From Candidatus Woesearchaeota archaeon CG10_big_fil_rev_8_21_14_0_10_37_12 (GTDB lineage: Archaea > Nanobdellota > Nanobdellia > Woesearchaeales > ARS49): DNA of 64,000 nt. Under the pieces are notes generated by a model. It was not told the origin of the DNA, searched no databases, and saw nothing but the letters and a program-made list of their open reading frames with translations. Numbering within the stretch: position 1 is the stretch's first letter; each line of letters starts with the position of its first letter. Positions 26,675 through 37,058 of the stretch are shown piece after piece. Made by a program: the position numbers and the translations under genes. The stretch is taken from positions 54,066-118,065 of the forward strand of contig PCYA01000012.1 of assembly GCA_002762795.1 (NCBI GenBank), given 5' to 3'.

Positions 26675-27532
26675 ATGCAAAACTGGCTATTACTGGGACT
26701 CATCGGATACTTATTTTATGCCATCTCAACAACTATTGACAAATACATTCTCAAACACAAATTTGGATTTGTTCGCATGGAAGCATTCAAAATGTTTTTT
26801 GACGGAATGGTGTTGCTCATTATTGGCATCATCTTTTTTGATCTTTCACTTAACAAAGAATTATTGTACTGGACAATACCCTTAGGAGCAGTTAACGCAG
26901 GAGCAGGACTCTTCTATTACAAAGCATTACAACAAAGAGACTCAGAAGAAATAACACCAGCACACAGATCAGGATCAATACTCTTGGTCTTTCTTGCATC
27001 CATACTATTCTTATCAGAAACAATACATCCTGCCAACTATCTTGGACTAATACTCTTGCTTGCCGGAATTTATGTAATTCGTTCAAAAGACGGATTTCAC
27101 TTTCCACCTATAGACAAAGTGTTTGTTCTTGTCATGCTTGTTGTATTTTTTGACGTTATTTATGCACTAACTGCAAAACAAGCACTCGCAACAATACAAC
27201 CAATAAACCTTGCAATACTCATGTACTTCATGACAGCACTCACAGTTATTATTTACGACACACTGAACAAAAAACACAGACTGAACCACTTTTACCACTT
27301 CAGAAAAAACATCAAACTAACATCATTCTCAGCACTATTTGCAGCAACAGGAACGCTCCTCATATACACTGCTCTAACATACGGAAACGCATCACAAGTA
27401 TTCCCACTAGCTGCAGCAGAACCAGCAGTTCTATTCATTTTTGCAACAATTTTTCTAAAAGAACAATTCTCATGGCACAGACTATTAGGAACACTTTTTG
27501 TACTTGCAGGCATTATTTTTGTAGCTATATGA
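26675..27532 (+). CDS. EamA/DMT-family transporter
   Basis: About 10 TM segments in a two-repeat organisation. The ATG at 26675 lies 1 nt after the upstream stop. Confidence 0.65.
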   Translation: MQNWLLLGLIGYLFYAISTTIDKYILKHKFGFVRMEAFKMFFDGMVLLIIGIIFFDLSLNKELLYWTIPLGAVNAGAGLFYYKALQQRDSEEITPAHRSGSILLVFLASILFLSETIHPANYLGLILLLAGIYVIRSKDGFHFPPIDKVFVLVMLVVFFDVIYALTAKQALATIQPINLAILMYFMTALTVIIYDTLNKKHRLNHFYHFRKNIKLTSFSALFAATGTLLIYTALTYGNASQVFPLAAAEPAVLFIFATIFLKEQFSWHRLLGTLFVLAGIIFVAI

Positions 27533-27578
27533 CTCCCAAAACATAAAGTAATTAAATACCATTCAAATAACAAACAAT

Positions 27579-27896
27579 ATGATTCTAACAACAACGCCGG
27601 ATTTGCCTGGAAAGAAAATCAAAGAAGTACTAGGATTAGTCAAAGGCAACACTGTCCGCGCAAAACACATTGGCAGAGACATACTTGCAGGACTAAAACA
27701 ACTCGTCGGCGGAGAAATTAAAAGTTACACAGACATGATTACTGAAGCACGCGAAGAAGCACTCAAACGCATGGAACAAGACGCAAAGAAAAAAGGCGCA
27801 AATGCAGTTGTGAACGTTCGCTTTGTCACAGCAGAAGTCATGCCAGGAGCAGCCGAAGTACTAGCGTATGGGACTGCGGTTAAATTAGGAAAATGA
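27579..27896 (+). CDS. YbjQ/UPF0145-family protein
   Basis: TTTPDLPGKKIKEVLGLVKGNTVRAKHIGRDILAGLKQLVGGEI...GANAVVNVRF is highly typical of the family. Confidence 0.8.
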   Translation: MILTTTPDLPGKKIKEVLGLVKGNTVRAKHIGRDILAGLKQLVGGEIKSYTDMITEAREEALKRMEQDAKKKGANAVVNVRFVTAEVMPGAAEVLAYGTAVKLGK

Positions 27897-28646
27897 TCAT
27901 GGCTTTGCAATCTTCCAAGTAGCATAAAAATAATTCCTGAAATTATCCGCAACGTCTTTTGACTGGATTAAAATACCAATTGGTTTATCACTCCAAGAAA
28001 TGATTAGGACTTTGTCGTTAAGAATATCAATATTTCCTGGAACTGGATAATTTACATACCTCTCATCAACCCAAGAAGGATAGTTTTTTGTCATCTCAGC
28101 ACCTTTATGTTCTCTATTTGCAATCCCTAACGCTTTAATTTCGATCTTGCTCATCCACGTCCATGTTTTTCCATAAAAAATAGTTGCTGGTTCAATGTAT
28201 TTTGGGCTGCTCATGTAAAAATAAAGATCAATATCTTCTTTTTTTGCATCTTTCAATAATATCTTGTACGCGGTTGTAATGCCTTTCATACCAACAAAAA
28301 CTTCAGCATCTAATTTGCTGCCAGTCAAAGCCTTAATGTTTTCCAACGAAGGCAAAATATTCGTAAGAGCTTTTTTACTTCTCTCGATTTCCTCTTCCTT
28401 CTTATCAAGAAATTCTTGTAATCTTGATGGTTCGACAGCCTGAAAAATCTTGGTTTTTTCTCTTGTAATAAAACTCACAAGACCCTTCTCAGTTAACCTT
28501 TGCAACACTTCATAAATATTAGAATATGCAATTCCAGACTTTTTAACAATAGGACCAACTTTTGACGCACCAATAACAATTAATGCTTCATAAACTTTCG
28601 CTTCTCCGTCAGTTAAACCAAATTGCTGCAATTCTCTTTCAAACAT
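27897..28646 (-). CDS. TrmB-family transcriptional regulator
   Basis: FGLTDGEAKVYEALIVIGASKVGPIVKKSGIAYSNIYEVLQRLTEKGLV. Confidence 0.75.
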   Translation of the reverse strand: MFERELQQFGLTDGEAKVYEALIVIGASKVGPIVKKSGIAYSNIYEVLQRLTEKGLVSFITREKTKIFQAVEPSRLQEFLDKKEEEIERSKKALTNILPSLENIKALTGSKLDAEVFVGMKGITTAYKILLKDAKKEDIDLYFYMSSPKYIEPATIFYGKTWTWMSKIEIKALGIANREHKGAEMTKNYPSWVDERYVNYPVPGNIDILNDKVLIISWSDKPIGILIQSKDVADNFRNYFYATWKIAKP

Positions 28647-28741
28647 GCTTTTGATTTGCTTATTTTCTATAAAAATCTTGTGTTATATACCCTGTACAAG
28701 GGTGATGAATTATAAAAATTAGTTGTTACTTTTTGGTAGCA

Positions 28742-29812
28742 ATGAAACAAATAATTGTTGCTACGAGCATTTTGCTCTTACTACTTTCCTGCACGATAAC
28801 AGGGCAGACAACGCTAGAAACAGAAAATATCCCAATCGGAGGACTTTTTTCCTTAACAGGCGACGGTGCAAGCTGGGGAGGTGATGAACTCAAAGCAGTG
28901 CAGCTTGTTATAGATGAAACAAATGAAGAAGGAGGAATAGATAGAAAACAAATTGATTTTGTATTTGAAGATGCAAAAACAACATCACGAGATGCAGTTA
29001 CAGCATATAATGCACTAAAAAGCAAAGCGGATGTTACTGTTGTTATTGGCAGCACATGGGAACAAACAACAGAACCAATAGCACCACTTGCAGAACAAGA
29101 TCAAATAGTCCTAATATCGCCAAGCATATCTGGAGTTATTGAAGATGACAAGAATTATAACTACTTGTTTACAACATGGTACTCAGAACTTTCTGGAACT
29201 AAACGCGTTTTGCAAGAAATGAACAAACAAAACATTGGACGCGCAGTCATAATTCACAATACAGGCATCTGGCCAACATTTGTGAGCAATTTATTTGAAA
29301 AACACTCGGAAGAATACAACATAGAAGTGTTACAAGCAAAAGAAATGAAACCAGATGCAATATACACAGGCTTCTCACTAGATGAATACTTACAGTCATT
29401 CATGAAACAAGCACAAGAGTTAGGATTAACTGTCCCAATATACAGTGCATCTGCGACAGAAAACGAACTTTTGCTTGAATGGTATGGACAATACAAATAT
29501 GGAGTCTATCATCCAGTGCCAAAAATAACTGAAAGACATACAGAGTTTATTGCAAAATACAAAGCCAAATACGGAGAAGAACCAACAAGCCCATCAGCAG
29601 CACCAGCATACGACGCAGCAAAACTTGTTATTGCAGCACTCAAAGACGGAGCACGAACAGGAGAAGAAATAAAAAATTGGCTGGATAACGTACAAGACTT
29701 CCCCGGAACCGTAGTGGAAAAAATAACATTTGACGAAAAAGGACTACTGGATGTAGGAACAGACGCATTTGTCATCAGAACAGTCAAAAACAGAACATTC
29801 AAAGACATATAG
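28742..29812 (+). CDS. ABC substrate-binding lipoprotein, LivK/PBP1-like (paralog 4)
   Basis: MKQIIVATSILLLLLSC lipobox. TATA-like AATTATAAAAATT is centred ~27 nt upstream of the ATG at 28742. IPIGGLFSLTGDGASWG block present. Confidence 0.75.
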   Translation: MKQIIVATSILLLLLSCTITGQTTLETENIPIGGLFSLTGDGASWGGDELKAVQLVIDETNEEGGIDRKQIDFVFEDAKTTSRDAVTAYNALKSKADVTVVIGSTWEQTTEPIAPLAEQDQIVLISPSISGVIEDDKNYNYLFTTWYSELSGTKRVLQEMNKQNIGRAVIIHNTGIWPTFVSNLFEKHSEEYNIEVLQAKEMKPDAIYTGFSLDEYLQSFMKQAQELGLTVPIYSASATENELLLEWYGQYKYGVYHPVPKITERHTEFIAKYKAKYGEEPTSPSAAPAYDAAKLVIAALKDGARTGEEIKNWLDNVQDFPGTVVEKITFDEKGLLDVGTDAFVIRTVKNRTFKDI

Positions 29813-29900
29813 ATTTCTGATTACAAACCTTTAAATACCTATCAAAATAGCATTTTCTTTGTGGATAACCACAAAAATATACAGAAGGTGAAGTAAAAAC

Positions 29901-30317
29901 ATGAATAGATTTGGAAGTAGAGGGTCTCACGGAGGAGGCAATATGACACCACCAGTAGAGGTTGGTGAAGAAATCGACGTTACCATCGAAGCGGTGGGAG
30001 AAAAAGGCGATGGAATAGCCAAAAAGAACGGTTTTGTGTTATTCGTGCCAAATGTCAAAGAAGGACAACGTGTACGCATAAAAATTACAAAAGTGTTACG
30101 CAAAGTCGGATTTGCAGAAGTTGTTGGCGAAGCACAAACAGCATCAGAAGAAACAGCTGAGACATCAGAAGAACCTGCAGAAGAAGACAGATATTCTGAA
30201 CCAGCGCCTGCAGAAGAAGACAGCGAAGATTTTGGTGAAGAATCAGAAAACTTTGAAGAAGATTCTGAAAATGCAGGAATAGAATCAACACAAGAAGAAG
30301 ACGAAGATAAACAATAA
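29901..30317 (+). CDS. TRAM-domain protein with an acidic C-terminal tail
   Basis: VEVGEEIDVTIEAVGEKGDGIAKKNGFVLFVPNVKEGQRVRIKITKV, followed by a Glu/Asp-rich tail. Confidence 0.7.
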   Translation: MNRFGSRGSHGGGNMTPPVEVGEEIDVTIEAVGEKGDGIAKKNGFVLFVPNVKEGQRVRIKITKVLRKVGFAEVVGEAQTASEETAETSEEPAEEDRYSEPAPAEEDSEDFGEESENFEEDSENAGIESTQEEDEDKQ

Positions 30318-30349
30318 ATTTTTAATTTTTCATTTTATTTTTCACTTTT

Positions 30350-30892
30350 ATGACATTATTTATTTCAATACGATTACCTGATGAAATTCAGCAGTATGTG
30401 CAAACAATACATAATTTGTTGCCTAAGCAACACAGCACCTTTGTTCTTTCAAAACAATATCATATTACTCTAAAATTTCTTGGCGATGTCGACAAGGAAA
30501 AACTTGAACAGATTAAAACAAGATTAAGCAGCATTTTTTTGAAACCTTTTACTCTCCATCTTGCCCCTATCGGATACTTTCCAGACACTCAAAAAATAAG
30601 AGTCATCTGGCTAGGTGTAGAACCACAAAAAGAAGTAGGGCAATTACATGAAGAACTTGAGAAAATACTGAAAGACCTATTTACAAAAGATGAGCGATGG
30701 CATCCACACATCACCTTAGCACGCGTAAAAACCATACAAAACAAGAAATTATTTGCAAATATGATGCAACAAATACAAATAGAGCCAAAAGTATTTACAG
30801 TGCACGAATTTGTTCTAATGGAAAGCAAACTTGAAAATGGAAAATACAATCATTATGAAATAGAAAAGTATAAAGTAAACGGTAGCAGTTAA
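30350..30892 (+). CDS. RNA 2-prime,3-prime-cyclic phosphodiesterase (2H family, LigT/ThpR-like)
   Basis: Two H-x-T motifs: HITLKFLG and HITLARV. Confidence 0.8.
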   Translation: MTLFISIRLPDEIQQYVQTIHNLLPKQHSTFVLSKQYHITLKFLGDVDKEKLEQIKTRLSSIFLKPFTLHLAPIGYFPDTQKIRVIWLGVEPQKEVGQLHEELEKILKDLFTKDERWHPHITLARVKTIQNKKLFANMMQQIQIEPKVFTVHEFVLMESKLENGKYNHYEIEKYKVNGSS

Positions 30893-30926
30893 CAGTATGA
30901 AGTAGAGAGTAAAGAGTTTAGAGTTT
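30874..30926 (+). repeat. GTAARCAGT-type repeat, copy R3
   Basis: The sequence agtaaacggtagcagttaacagtatgaagtagagagtaaagagtttagag supplies the last codons and the stop of the upstream gene. Confidence 0.45.
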
Positions 30927-30939
30927 TCTACCTGTATAT

Positions 30940-31617
30940 TTGATTGGCGGAATAAATAAAAAGAATAGCTCGCTTGCTTTATTTGTGACAAAAAGACTCA
31001 TAGTTCTTGCTGCAGGTGCAAGCGGCGGTGGTAAAACAACTATTGTTGACAGATTAATTGCTGAACTCGGAGTAGGAATAAAAATTCCTCTCGACGAGTT
31101 TTATCATGACCAAGGACCTATTGATACGAATAGAGCCGAGCTAGACATACGAGCACGAGTAAATTATGATCACCCTAGCGCGATAGATTTTGAATTAGCG
31201 AATAAACTTCTTGCAGAACTTTATTCTGGACAAACAATAAATTTACCACAATATTCTTTTGAAAGACACACGAGAAAACCTATTACTCTAAAAGTAGAAC
31301 CAAATAAATTGATTTTTGTAGAAGGCATATTTGTCCTACGAGATGAATTGAAGGTTCCCGAAGCATACCGCGTTTTTGTCCAGACAGACCTAGCCATAGC
31401 ATGTACAAGACGACTTGTAAGAGATGTTAATGAAAGAGGCAGACGACTTGAACAAGCAGCAGGACAACTAGAAAGAACAGTCATTCCAGGATACAGGCGA
31501 TTTGTAGAACCAACGCGTCATGATGCAGATTACGTTCTAAGCTGGACAGGAGAAGTAGATGGCAAATTCAAAGATTTGTGTCACATAATTCGTGCACGCA
31601 TGAATGGGGAACATTAG
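30940..31617 (+). CDS. udk: uridine kinase
   Basis: P-loop GASGGGKTT, YDHPSAIDF and VEGIFVL. The start is uncertain: TTG at 30940 or GTG at 30985. Confidence 0.75.
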   Translation: MIGGINKKNSSLALFVTKRLIVLAAGASGGGKTTIVDRLIAELGVGIKIPLDEFYHDQGPIDTNRAELDIRARVNYDHPSAIDFELANKLLAELYSGQTINLPQYSFERHTRKPITLKVEPNKLIFVEGIFVLRDELKVPEAYRVFVQTDLAIACTRRLVRDVNERGRRLEQAAGQLERTVIPGYRRFVEPTRHDADYVLSWTGEVDGKFKDLCHIIRARMNGEH

Positions 31618-31728
31618 CACAAGCTTTATAAATCCCCATTTTTGCTTTATTCTCAGAGCCGAATGGGTTGTTTGACTATAGACTATCCAAGTACAACGTG
31701 AGGCGAAAAAAAACGTTGGAGGAAAAAC

Positions 31729-32325
31729 ATGACAGAACAATTATTAGTACCACAAGACCAGTACTTAAAATCAGGCATACACATAGGAACAAAATTCAAA
31801 ACAAAACACATGGATAAGTTCATCTACAAAACAAGACCAGATGGACTTAGCGTTTTAAACCTACAAAAAATTGATGAACGATTAGGATACGCAGCAAACT
31901 TACTCAGTAAATACACGCCAGAAGACATTCTTGTTGTCAGCAGACGAGAAAATGGATGGAAATCAGTCAAAGCATTCTCAAAATTCATAGGAGCAAAAGC
32001 ATTTGCAGGAAGATATCCTCCAGGCATATTAACAAACCCAAAATTGGACACTTACACAGAAGCAAAAATTATTGTAGTAACAGACAGCTGGCCAGACAAA
32101 AACGCAGTAAATGACGCACTCAAATTGGGCCTTCCAGTCATCGCACTTTGCGACACAAACAATCAAGTAAACGATGTTGACTTAATTGTTCCATGCAATA
32201 ACAAAGGCAAAAAAAGTTTAGGATTAATATTTTACATCCTCGCACGAGAATACCTAAGAAAAACAGGAAAACTAGGTAAAGACGAAGAACCAAAATTCAC
32301 AGCAGAGGATTTTACAGAAGAATAA
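31729..32325 (+). CDS. rps2: 30S ribosomal protein uS2
   Basis: YLKSGIHIGTKFKTKHMDKFIYKTRPDGLSVLNLQKIDERL. GGAGG upstream, and TATA-like CTTTATAAAT at 31623-31632. Confidence 0.9.
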   Translation: MTEQLLVPQDQYLKSGIHIGTKFKTKHMDKFIYKTRPDGLSVLNLQKIDERLGYAANLLSKYTPEDILVVSRRENGWKSVKAFSKFIGAKAFAGRYPPGILTNPKLDTYTEAKIIVVTDSWPDKNAVNDALKLGLPVIALCDTNNQVNDVDLIVPCNNKGKKSLGLIFYILAREYLRKTGKLGKDEEPKFTAEDFTEE

Positions 32326-32358
32326 GTTTTTATTTCTCTTATGTGTTTCTCTTTTCGT

Positions 32359-32904
32359 ATGGCAGATTTTATTCCACGAGTAAAACCACTTCAGTATATT
32401 ACTAAATCTGAAAACAATCAGTGCGGCGTCTACTCACTTGCGAACATCATTAAAACCTACACAAAACAACCATTTTCAGACCCAAAAACACTTCACACAT
32501 CTTTTCTTGGCAGAATCTTCGGTTGGACATTACCCTCTGAAATGATCAAAACACTCCGTATGTACAACATTGAGGCTTTTTGGTCATCAGCACGAAAAAA
32601 ACAAGCAAAAATTGTTTTTCTCAAAACACTCATTCGGAAAGGCCCAGTAATAATCCGCATAGACCTCATAGAAAAAGAAATCAACCCGCTCTGGGGAAGA
32701 ATATCAGGACATTGGATTGTTCTCTGGGGCTTTTCCGATAAGCAAAACAGTTTCTACACCTATGATTCTCGAAAACAAAATAAAAACAGCTTGCTTGTTG
32801 GAAACTGTTTATACTCTTATGCAGATATAGAAAGACTATGGAACGGACAACGTTTACCAATCTATTTCAAATATATTTTTGTAGCAGTTAAAAAACAAAA
32901 TTAA
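32359..32904 (+). CDS. papain-like cysteine peptidase, C39-like
   Basis: NQCGVYSLANIIK (Cys) and GHWIVLWGF (His). Confidence 0.5.
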   Translation: MADFIPRVKPLQYITKSENNQCGVYSLANIIKTYTKQPFSDPKTLHTSFLGRIFGWTLPSEMIKTLRMYNIEAFWSSARKKQAKIVFLKTLIRKGPVIIRIDLIEKEINPLWGRISGHWIVLWGFSDKQNSFYTYDSRKQNKNSLLVGNCLYSYADIERLWNGQRLPIYFKYIFVAVKKQN

Positions 32905-33572
32905 GTTTTCTCAACCTTCTTAACACCTTTATCATAAATCTCAAACAAAACCTGCTGGCCAGACGGGACACTTCTGTGCTTGTGTAAAGTTAACTTTCTT
33001 CTTCCATTATGCAACTGTTCAACTTCAAGTAAACACTTGCTCGCATACGTCAAAATATCTCCGCCAACAATCTTCACTTTATTCGAATCAAAAGAAGAAT
33101 AAACCTGCGAAGTCAACAAAACAGGAATATTATGCTTTCTTGCAATCTCATTCAGTTGCAACATCTGTACGCCTAAATCACGATTGTATTCCTCATCTTT
33201 AAAACTTCTTTCCAAGCGATACAACATAGTCATTGTATCAACAACAATCAGACCAATCTTGGTGTTAACTAACTCCTTTAATTTTTCTATTGTCTGTTTT
33301 TGCTCTTCAAACGTTGTAGGATTAAGAAACATAATGCGGTCAAATAAACGCTTATAATCAGGCATAATCTGCTTCAACCTATCAACACTAAAGCCACCTT
33401 CAGTATCAACAAAAATAACTTTTTTGCCAGATTTTGCAATTTCAACAGCAGCAAGCAAAGCAAAATTTGTCTTGCCAGCACCTGCAGGACCATAAATAGT
33501 AGTAATCGCATCAGTTTCTAAACCACCAACTAAGTCATCAACTATTTTTGCTCCACAAGACACTTTTTTCAT
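32901..33572 (-). CDS. radB: RadB-like recombinase paralog
   Basis: GGLETDAITTIYGPAGAGKTNFAL, VIFVDTEG and LIVVDTM. Lacks the RadA N-terminal HhH domain. Confidence 0.8.
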   Translation of the reverse strand: MKKVSCGAKIVDDLVGGLETDAITTIYGPAGAGKTNFALLAAVEIAKSGKKVIFVDTEGGFSVDRLKQIMPDYKRLFDRIMFLNPTTFEEQKQTIEKLKELVNTKIGLIVVDTMTMLYRLERSFKDEEYNRDLGVQMLQLNEIARKHNIPVLLTSQVYSSFDSNKVKIVGGDILTYASKCLLEVEQLHNGRRKLTLHKHRSVPSGQQVLFEIYDKGVKKVEKT

Positions 33573-33624
33573 AGAGCATTTTATACAACAAAGATTTATA
33601 AACCCTCCTCTTTAAGATCATAAT

Positions 33625-35085
33625 ATGGAAAAACAGTGGATGTGGCTCGCCCTATTAGTTTTTCTTATCTTAGGAGTGCGCCTTTACTTTGCATACGAAA
33701 CACAACATTTTGCAACAAGCGAATCTTACTTACACATAAGATCAATAGAATCGTTAAGTACAGGCAAACTACTTGTTAATGATCCACTTGGCTACGGCGG
33801 AAGATTGCTTATTGAAAGTCCGCTCTTCAATATGATCATCACATTCTTTACACTTTTTCTCCCATTCAACTTTGCACTAAAATTTATCCCCAACCTTTTT
33901 GCAAGCATATTGATTATTCCAATATATCTTATTTCATACAGACTAACACAACAAAAAATAATAAGCTTTTTTACAGCACTCTTGGCCAGCATTATTCCAG
34001 CATATCTTGCACACACATATAATCACGTTATCCCTCTTACAATTGCAATACCCTTATTTTTTACCATTATTTACTTATGGATGCGTGCACTTGACAACAC
34101 ACTGACATACCTCTTTGTGCTGCTGCTTTTAGCTTTTTTACATCTCTTATCGCTAGTGTTTGTTCTATCAATAGGAATTTACATTATTATTGCACTAATA
34201 GAAAAAATACAGGTGACTTTAGCAGAACGTGAACTTGCAATATTCACATTCTTTTTTATGATCTGGGCACAATTTATCATCTACAAAAAACTAATTCTCT
34301 TTCATGGCCCGAGTGTTGTATGGCAGAATCTTCCAGATCAAATATTAACAACATATTATTCAGGAATAACTCTTTTTGGAGCCATACTACACATAGGAAT
34401 TTACCCTTTATTTGAGGGAACCTATGCACTCTACAGAACGGCATTCAAAAAGCCAGACAAAGACACACACATATTACTAAGCTTAACACTAGCTTCAGCA
34501 ATTTTACTTGTATTCAAACTCATAGACCCTATAACTGGATTCATTCTGCTTGGAATTACCCTTGCAATATTATTCGCAAAATCAGTAGTGCTGTTAGATA
34601 ATTATTTCAAAAAAACCAAACTTAAAAAATACACTATTGCAATAGCATCAATAAGTATTTTTCTTGCAATATTAACTACAGCATACCCAGCATACACTGC
34701 CATACAATCAGAAACTGCAAACACAATCACAAACGAGGAAATCTCAGCCCTTAAAGAACTACAAGAAACTAACGCAACAATAGCTTCACCTGCTGATTAC
34801 GGACATTACATAACAGCAATTACGCACCAAAAAAACGTAATAGACTCTTATTATTTCCTCAGACCAAAAATTAATGAACGATACGACGATATTTCCAGGC
34901 TATACAAAACAACATTTGAAACAGAAGCAGTAGAGATTGCTGACAAATATAACATCACATATATTGTTGTACCCCCAAAAATTTCAGACCTTCGTTATGG
35001 AGATAAAGAATGCTTCAAACGAATACACGCAACAAACATTAAAATCTACAAAAAAAATGATGAATGCCATTTGGTAATTGTATGA
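33625..35085 (+). CDS. polytopic membrane protein, GT-C-fold glycosyltransferase-like
   Basis: 486 aa with about 11-13 TM segments plus a C-terminal soluble domain. No WWDxG motif was seen, so it is not called AglB. Confidence 0.5.
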   Translation: MEKQWMWLALLVFLILGVRLYFAYETQHFATSESYLHIRSIESLSTGKLLVNDPLGYGGRLLIESPLFNMIITFFTLFLPFNFALKFIPNLFASILIIPIYLISYRLTQQKIISFFTALLASIIPAYLAHTYNHVIPLTIAIPLFFTIIYLWMRALDNTLTYLFVLLLLAFLHLLSLVFVLSIGIYIIIALIEKIQVTLAERELAIFTFFFMIWAQFIIYKKLILFHGPSVVWQNLPDQILTTYYSGITLFGAILHIGIYPLFEGTYALYRTAFKKPDKDTHILLSLTLASAILLVFKLIDPITGFILLGITLAILFAKSVVLLDNYFKKTKLKKYTIAIASISIFLAILTTAYPAYTAIQSETANTITNEEISALKELQETNATIASPADYGHYITAITHQKNVIDSYYFLRPKINERYDDISRLYKTTFETEAVEIADKYNITYIVVPPKISDLRYGDKECFKRIHATNIKIYKKNDECHLVIV

Positions 35086-36431
35086 ACTTTGAACTCACAA
35101 CCAAACAAATCATAGGTATATTTATTATAGCGATCGCTCTTTTATTATTGCCTATACATCTAAGATTTCAAGCAGACAACACTGCACTCCCTGGAACAGA
35201 ACCCTACTATCATGCACGAATTGCGCAACAAATACAGCATCAAATACCTTCTAAAGATGAATACATTCTTCAGTCACGCGAGTACATTCTTAATCCGTAT
35301 CATCTATTTCTCGCATCATGCTTCTTTCTATTTGGAGAAAAATCATTTGTGTTTATTCCAGTAATCCTTGCAGCTATTTCAATCATACTTCTCATAGTTA
35401 ATTTACAAATCTATAGCGTTCCTGAACATATGCAACCATGGATACTTATTGCATATGCATTATCGCCAGCATTACTCACAATAGGAGTTCTCACAACGCC
35501 TTACGCATTTATACTTGTATTATTCCTTGCAGCAACTGCACTGGCTCGCACAAAGTTCTGGACATTCAGCATAATTTTTTATGCAATAGCAAGCTTACAC
35601 GGAATAACACATATCATATTAACATTCTTAGTCATTATTGCAACTTTCTTATCTCACAGACAAAAATTCCGCACTATTTACTATGCAATACCAAGCATAC
35701 TTATATTATTAGCAGGAAAACTACCATTACTCCCATCAATAGATTACTCATTAACCGCAATAACTGATTTTGGGGCATTATACGGGTATAGTATCTTCGC
35801 AGCACTTCTTGCAATTGTAGGCATAGCCAATTTATGGAAATACAAAAAAAAGCATTACGCTGCGTATGTATGCACACTTGTTATCCTTATTTTGAGCTTC
35901 TTTTTCCAAGAACTTATTCCATACACAAATATTATTGTATCTGCACTTGCAGGAATAGCTCTCGCAATCCTAGCAAAACGAAAATGGCACATTAAATATT
36001 TAAGAAACGCAGCACTCCTTGTTTTATTCTGCGGACTTTTATTTAGCAACATCGCGCATGCCAAACATCTTGCAGAACTGCCACCAACACAGGAATTTTT
36101 TAAATCCCTTGAGATAACTCAAGGAAACATCCTTACGCATAAAAACTATGCATTCTGGGTCCAAGCAGCAGGACACAAAACACTCATAGACCCAATAACT
36201 ACACAACCTAAAGAAGCAGACGTAAACCAAATATTTTACTCAACAGATATTGAAAAAACCAAACAACTTTTGTACAAAAATCAAATAACGCACATTTTGA
36301 TCACAAAAGAAATGAAAACAGGGTTAACATGGGAACGAGATGAAACAGGATTAGCATTTCTCGTCAGAAACAACGAAACATTTAAAAGAATTTCATCAGT
36401 AAATGATTTTAACATATGGAAGGTAAACTGA
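35082..36431 (+). CDS. polytopic membrane protein, GT-C-like (paralog of the previous gene)
   Basis: ATGA overlap with the upstream stop. Architecture is similar, and the C-terminal domain resembles that of the upstream gene. Confidence 0.5.
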   Translation: MNFELTTKQIIGIFIIAIALLLLPIHLRFQADNTALPGTEPYYHARIAQQIQHQIPSKDEYILQSREYILNPYHLFLASCFFLFGEKSFVFIPVILAAISIILLIVNLQIYSVPEHMQPWILIAYALSPALLTIGVLTTPYAFILVLFLAATALARTKFWTFSIIFYAIASLHGITHIILTFLVIIATFLSHRQKFRTIYYAIPSILILLAGKLPLLPSIDYSLTAITDFGALYGYSIFAALLAIVGIANLWKYKKKHYAAYVCTLVILILSFFFQELIPYTNIIVSALAGIALAILAKRKWHIKYLRNAALLVLFCGLLFSNIAHAKHLAELPPTQEFFKSLEITQGNILTHKNYAFWVQAAGHKTLIDPITTQPKEADVNQIFYSTDIEKTKQLLYKNQITHILITKEMKTGLTWERDETGLAFLVRNNETFKRISSVNDFNIWKVN

Positions 36432-36434
36432 TCA

Positions 36435-37058
36435 ATGAGCAAAAAACAAACCGTATTAATTACAGCATTACTTGTATGCATTGTTTTCGCACTGGGAGTT
36501 ATAGTAGGCAATTCATTAACTCTCGATGATGCAGCAATATCAAAATTCATACGCCAATCAGAACTAAACTCAGAAAGTTTTCTTATAGAACAAGATTTAT
36601 TCCAAGAATTCGAGACAAGATGCCCACTTGCAGAAGAAAGACTAGCAGCATTAAGCTCTGATCTCTGGAAACTAGGAAAACTCCTTGAAACACCAGACTC
36701 AAAGACCACTCTTGGAGAAGAAACCTTTGATTATCTTAAACGCAAATACCACCTTCTACAAATCAGAGCATATACACTTCACTACAAACTATCAAAAGAC
36801 TGCTCTGGAGCAGCAAACGTCATACTTTACTATTTCAAAAAACAAGATGCGGCAAGCCAGCAACAGGGACAAATACTGGACGAGTTAGTAAACGAATATG
36901 ATTTACACATATTTGCCATAGAGCATAACTATTCTCCAGAACTGTCTTTCCTAGAAGAATATTATGATGTGAAGCAAGCCCCAACCATTATTGTCAACTT
37001 CCAACAAAAACTAACAAGCCTTTCAAACAAAGAACAAATCAAGGCAGTTCTCAAATGA
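36435..37058 (+). CDS. membrane-anchored protein with a conserved ~170-aa two-Cys module
   Basis: N-terminal TM. FDYLKRKYHLLQIRAY...KQAPTIIVN is homologous to the N-terminal part of the next gene. Confidence 0.5.
   Translation: MSKKQTVLITALLVCIVFALGVIVGNSLTLDDAAISKFIRQSELNSESFLIEQDLFQEFETRCPLAEERLAALSSDLWKLGKLLETPDSKTTLGEETFDYLKRKYHLLQIRAYTLHYKLSKDCSGAANVILYYFKKQDAASQQQGQILDELVNEYDLHIFAIEHNYSPELSFLEEYYDVKQAPTIIVNFQQKLTSLSNKEQIKAVLK

Noticed and set aside
31672-31710. Short upstream ORF before the uS2 gene (ATG GGT TGT TTG ACT ATA GAC TAT CCA AGT ACA ACG TGA).
   Set aside because: It has no codon run or other regulatory signature, unlike the cysS and valS leaders. It is probably a chance ORF in the 5-prime UTR.
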